From: Synergistales bacterium
Lineage (GTDB): Bacteria > Synergistota > Synergistia > Synergistales > JAFGMB01
Assembly: GCA_963666205.1 (NCBI GenBank)
Contig: OY762654.1
Location: 672,001 to 736,000, forward strand
Length of the DNA stretch: 64,000 nt
Direction of reading: 5' to 3'
Positions 63,240 through 64,000 of the stretch are shown in pieces. Positions within the stretch are counted from its first letter, which is position 1. The number at the start of each line of letters is the position of its first letter. The notes under the pieces are model-generated. The model ran no database searches. It saw nothing but the letters and a program-made list of their open reading frames with translations, and had not been told where the DNA came from. The position numbers were made by a program, and so were the translations under genes.

Positions 63240-64000
63240 GACTTCCTCCTGCTCTGCGGAACAAGAGGAGCCATTTCGCGTTCAGGGAAATCATGCAATT
63301 CCCTGTTCATCGAAGCTCTTAGAAAATTGTTCACCCACCAGAATACATCCCTTCTTTTGATAGAACGTCTCATTGAAGACATTCTGTTATATTTTTCTTT
63401 TTCTGACATTGTAAAAGCCCTGAATATTGCATCGGCGGTACCTTCCCTGTCATAGGGATTCACCAGGAGAGCATTCTTTTTGAGTTGTGATGCGGAACCT
63501 GCAAACTCACTCAGGATCAGAACTCCATCATTATTTATGCGAGAAGCACAATACTCTTTGGATACCAGGTTCATCCCGTCCTTTAAAGAAGTTACGAGAG
63601 CTATATCTGCAGTTCGATACATGGCTATGAGTTCTTCCTTTGAAACAGATCTGTGGGCATACCGAACCGGCATCCAGTCGTGAGTTGAAAATTCTCCGTT
63701 TATCTGACTTATAAGCTGCTCGATGTCTCCTTTCAGATCCCTATAAGCTGGAACATCCTCCCTGCTGGGAACAAGCAACTGTAAAAGAGTGATTTTCCCC
63801 CTTAACTGTGGATACCTTTCCAGTACTGTTCTATAAGCCTGAAGTTTCTGAGGTATTCCTTTTGTATAATCCAGCCTGTCCACTCCGAGAATAAGCCTGC
63901 TTCCGCCAATACTATCCCTGCTGAACTCATTTATTCTCTCTTTGACACTCCTGGAGGCAGCAAGATCAGCAAAACTTGTAAAGTCAATACTTATGGGAAG
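63236..64000 (-). CDS. otsA: Trehalose-6-phosphate synthase (GT20), 3' part; runs off window end
   Basis: Frame open to 64000 (LPISIDF...ILGVDRLDYTKGI); DGMNLVSKEY, LILSEFAG, LVNPYD. Confidence 0.9.
   Translation of the reverse strand, partial: LPISIDFTSFADLAASRSVKERINEFSRDSIGGSRLILGVDRLDYTKGIPQKLQAYRTVLERYPQLRGKITLLQLLVPSREDVPAYRDLKGDIEQLISQINGEFSTHDWMPVRYAHRSVSKEELIAMYRTADIALVTSLKDGMNLVSKEYCASRINNDGVLILSEFAGSASQLKKNALLVNPYDREGTADAIFRAFTMSEKEKYNRMSSMRRSIKRRDVFWWVNNFLRASMNRELHDFPEREMAPLVPQSRRKS

Overview
A 64-kb, mostly core chromosomal segment from an anaerobic, amino-acid-fermenting diderm bacterium. The 16S sequence and gene content (LpxL, FadL, W-AOR, Na+-pumping decarboxylase) suggest Synergistota; this is inference. 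The window holds a complete minus-strand rRNA operon (16S-23S-5S-5S, no ITS tRNA), a dpp/opp ABC operon, proS, gyrA-psd-pssA, a family 1 encapsulin with its ferritin-like cargo, a GC-rich methylmalonyl-CoA decarboxylase cassette with mce, a TPP riboswitch-thiT pair, tetR-fadL, a split transketolase with an aminotransferase, and a class III ribonucleotide reductase locus. I saw no IS, prophage, CRISPR array or tRNA. Main observations: (1) the class III RNR is split, because the large NrdD lacks the glycyl-radical loop and that loop (YSRVVGYL) is a separate ~50-aa ORF after nrdG, missed by the ORF track; (2) a six-gene operon (ThDP decarboxylase, HisC-like transaminase, OpuC-type ABC transporter, aldehyde:ferredoxin oxidoreductase) reads like an anaerobic Ehrlich-type route for a cationic amino acid; (3) a stand-alone protein of three tandem MshEN modules has no ATPase; (4) the threonine aldolase gene is frameshifted; (5) several operators and a perfect 62-bp palindrome are readable directly from the sequence. 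Product calls come from motif recognition by eye, not from database searches.
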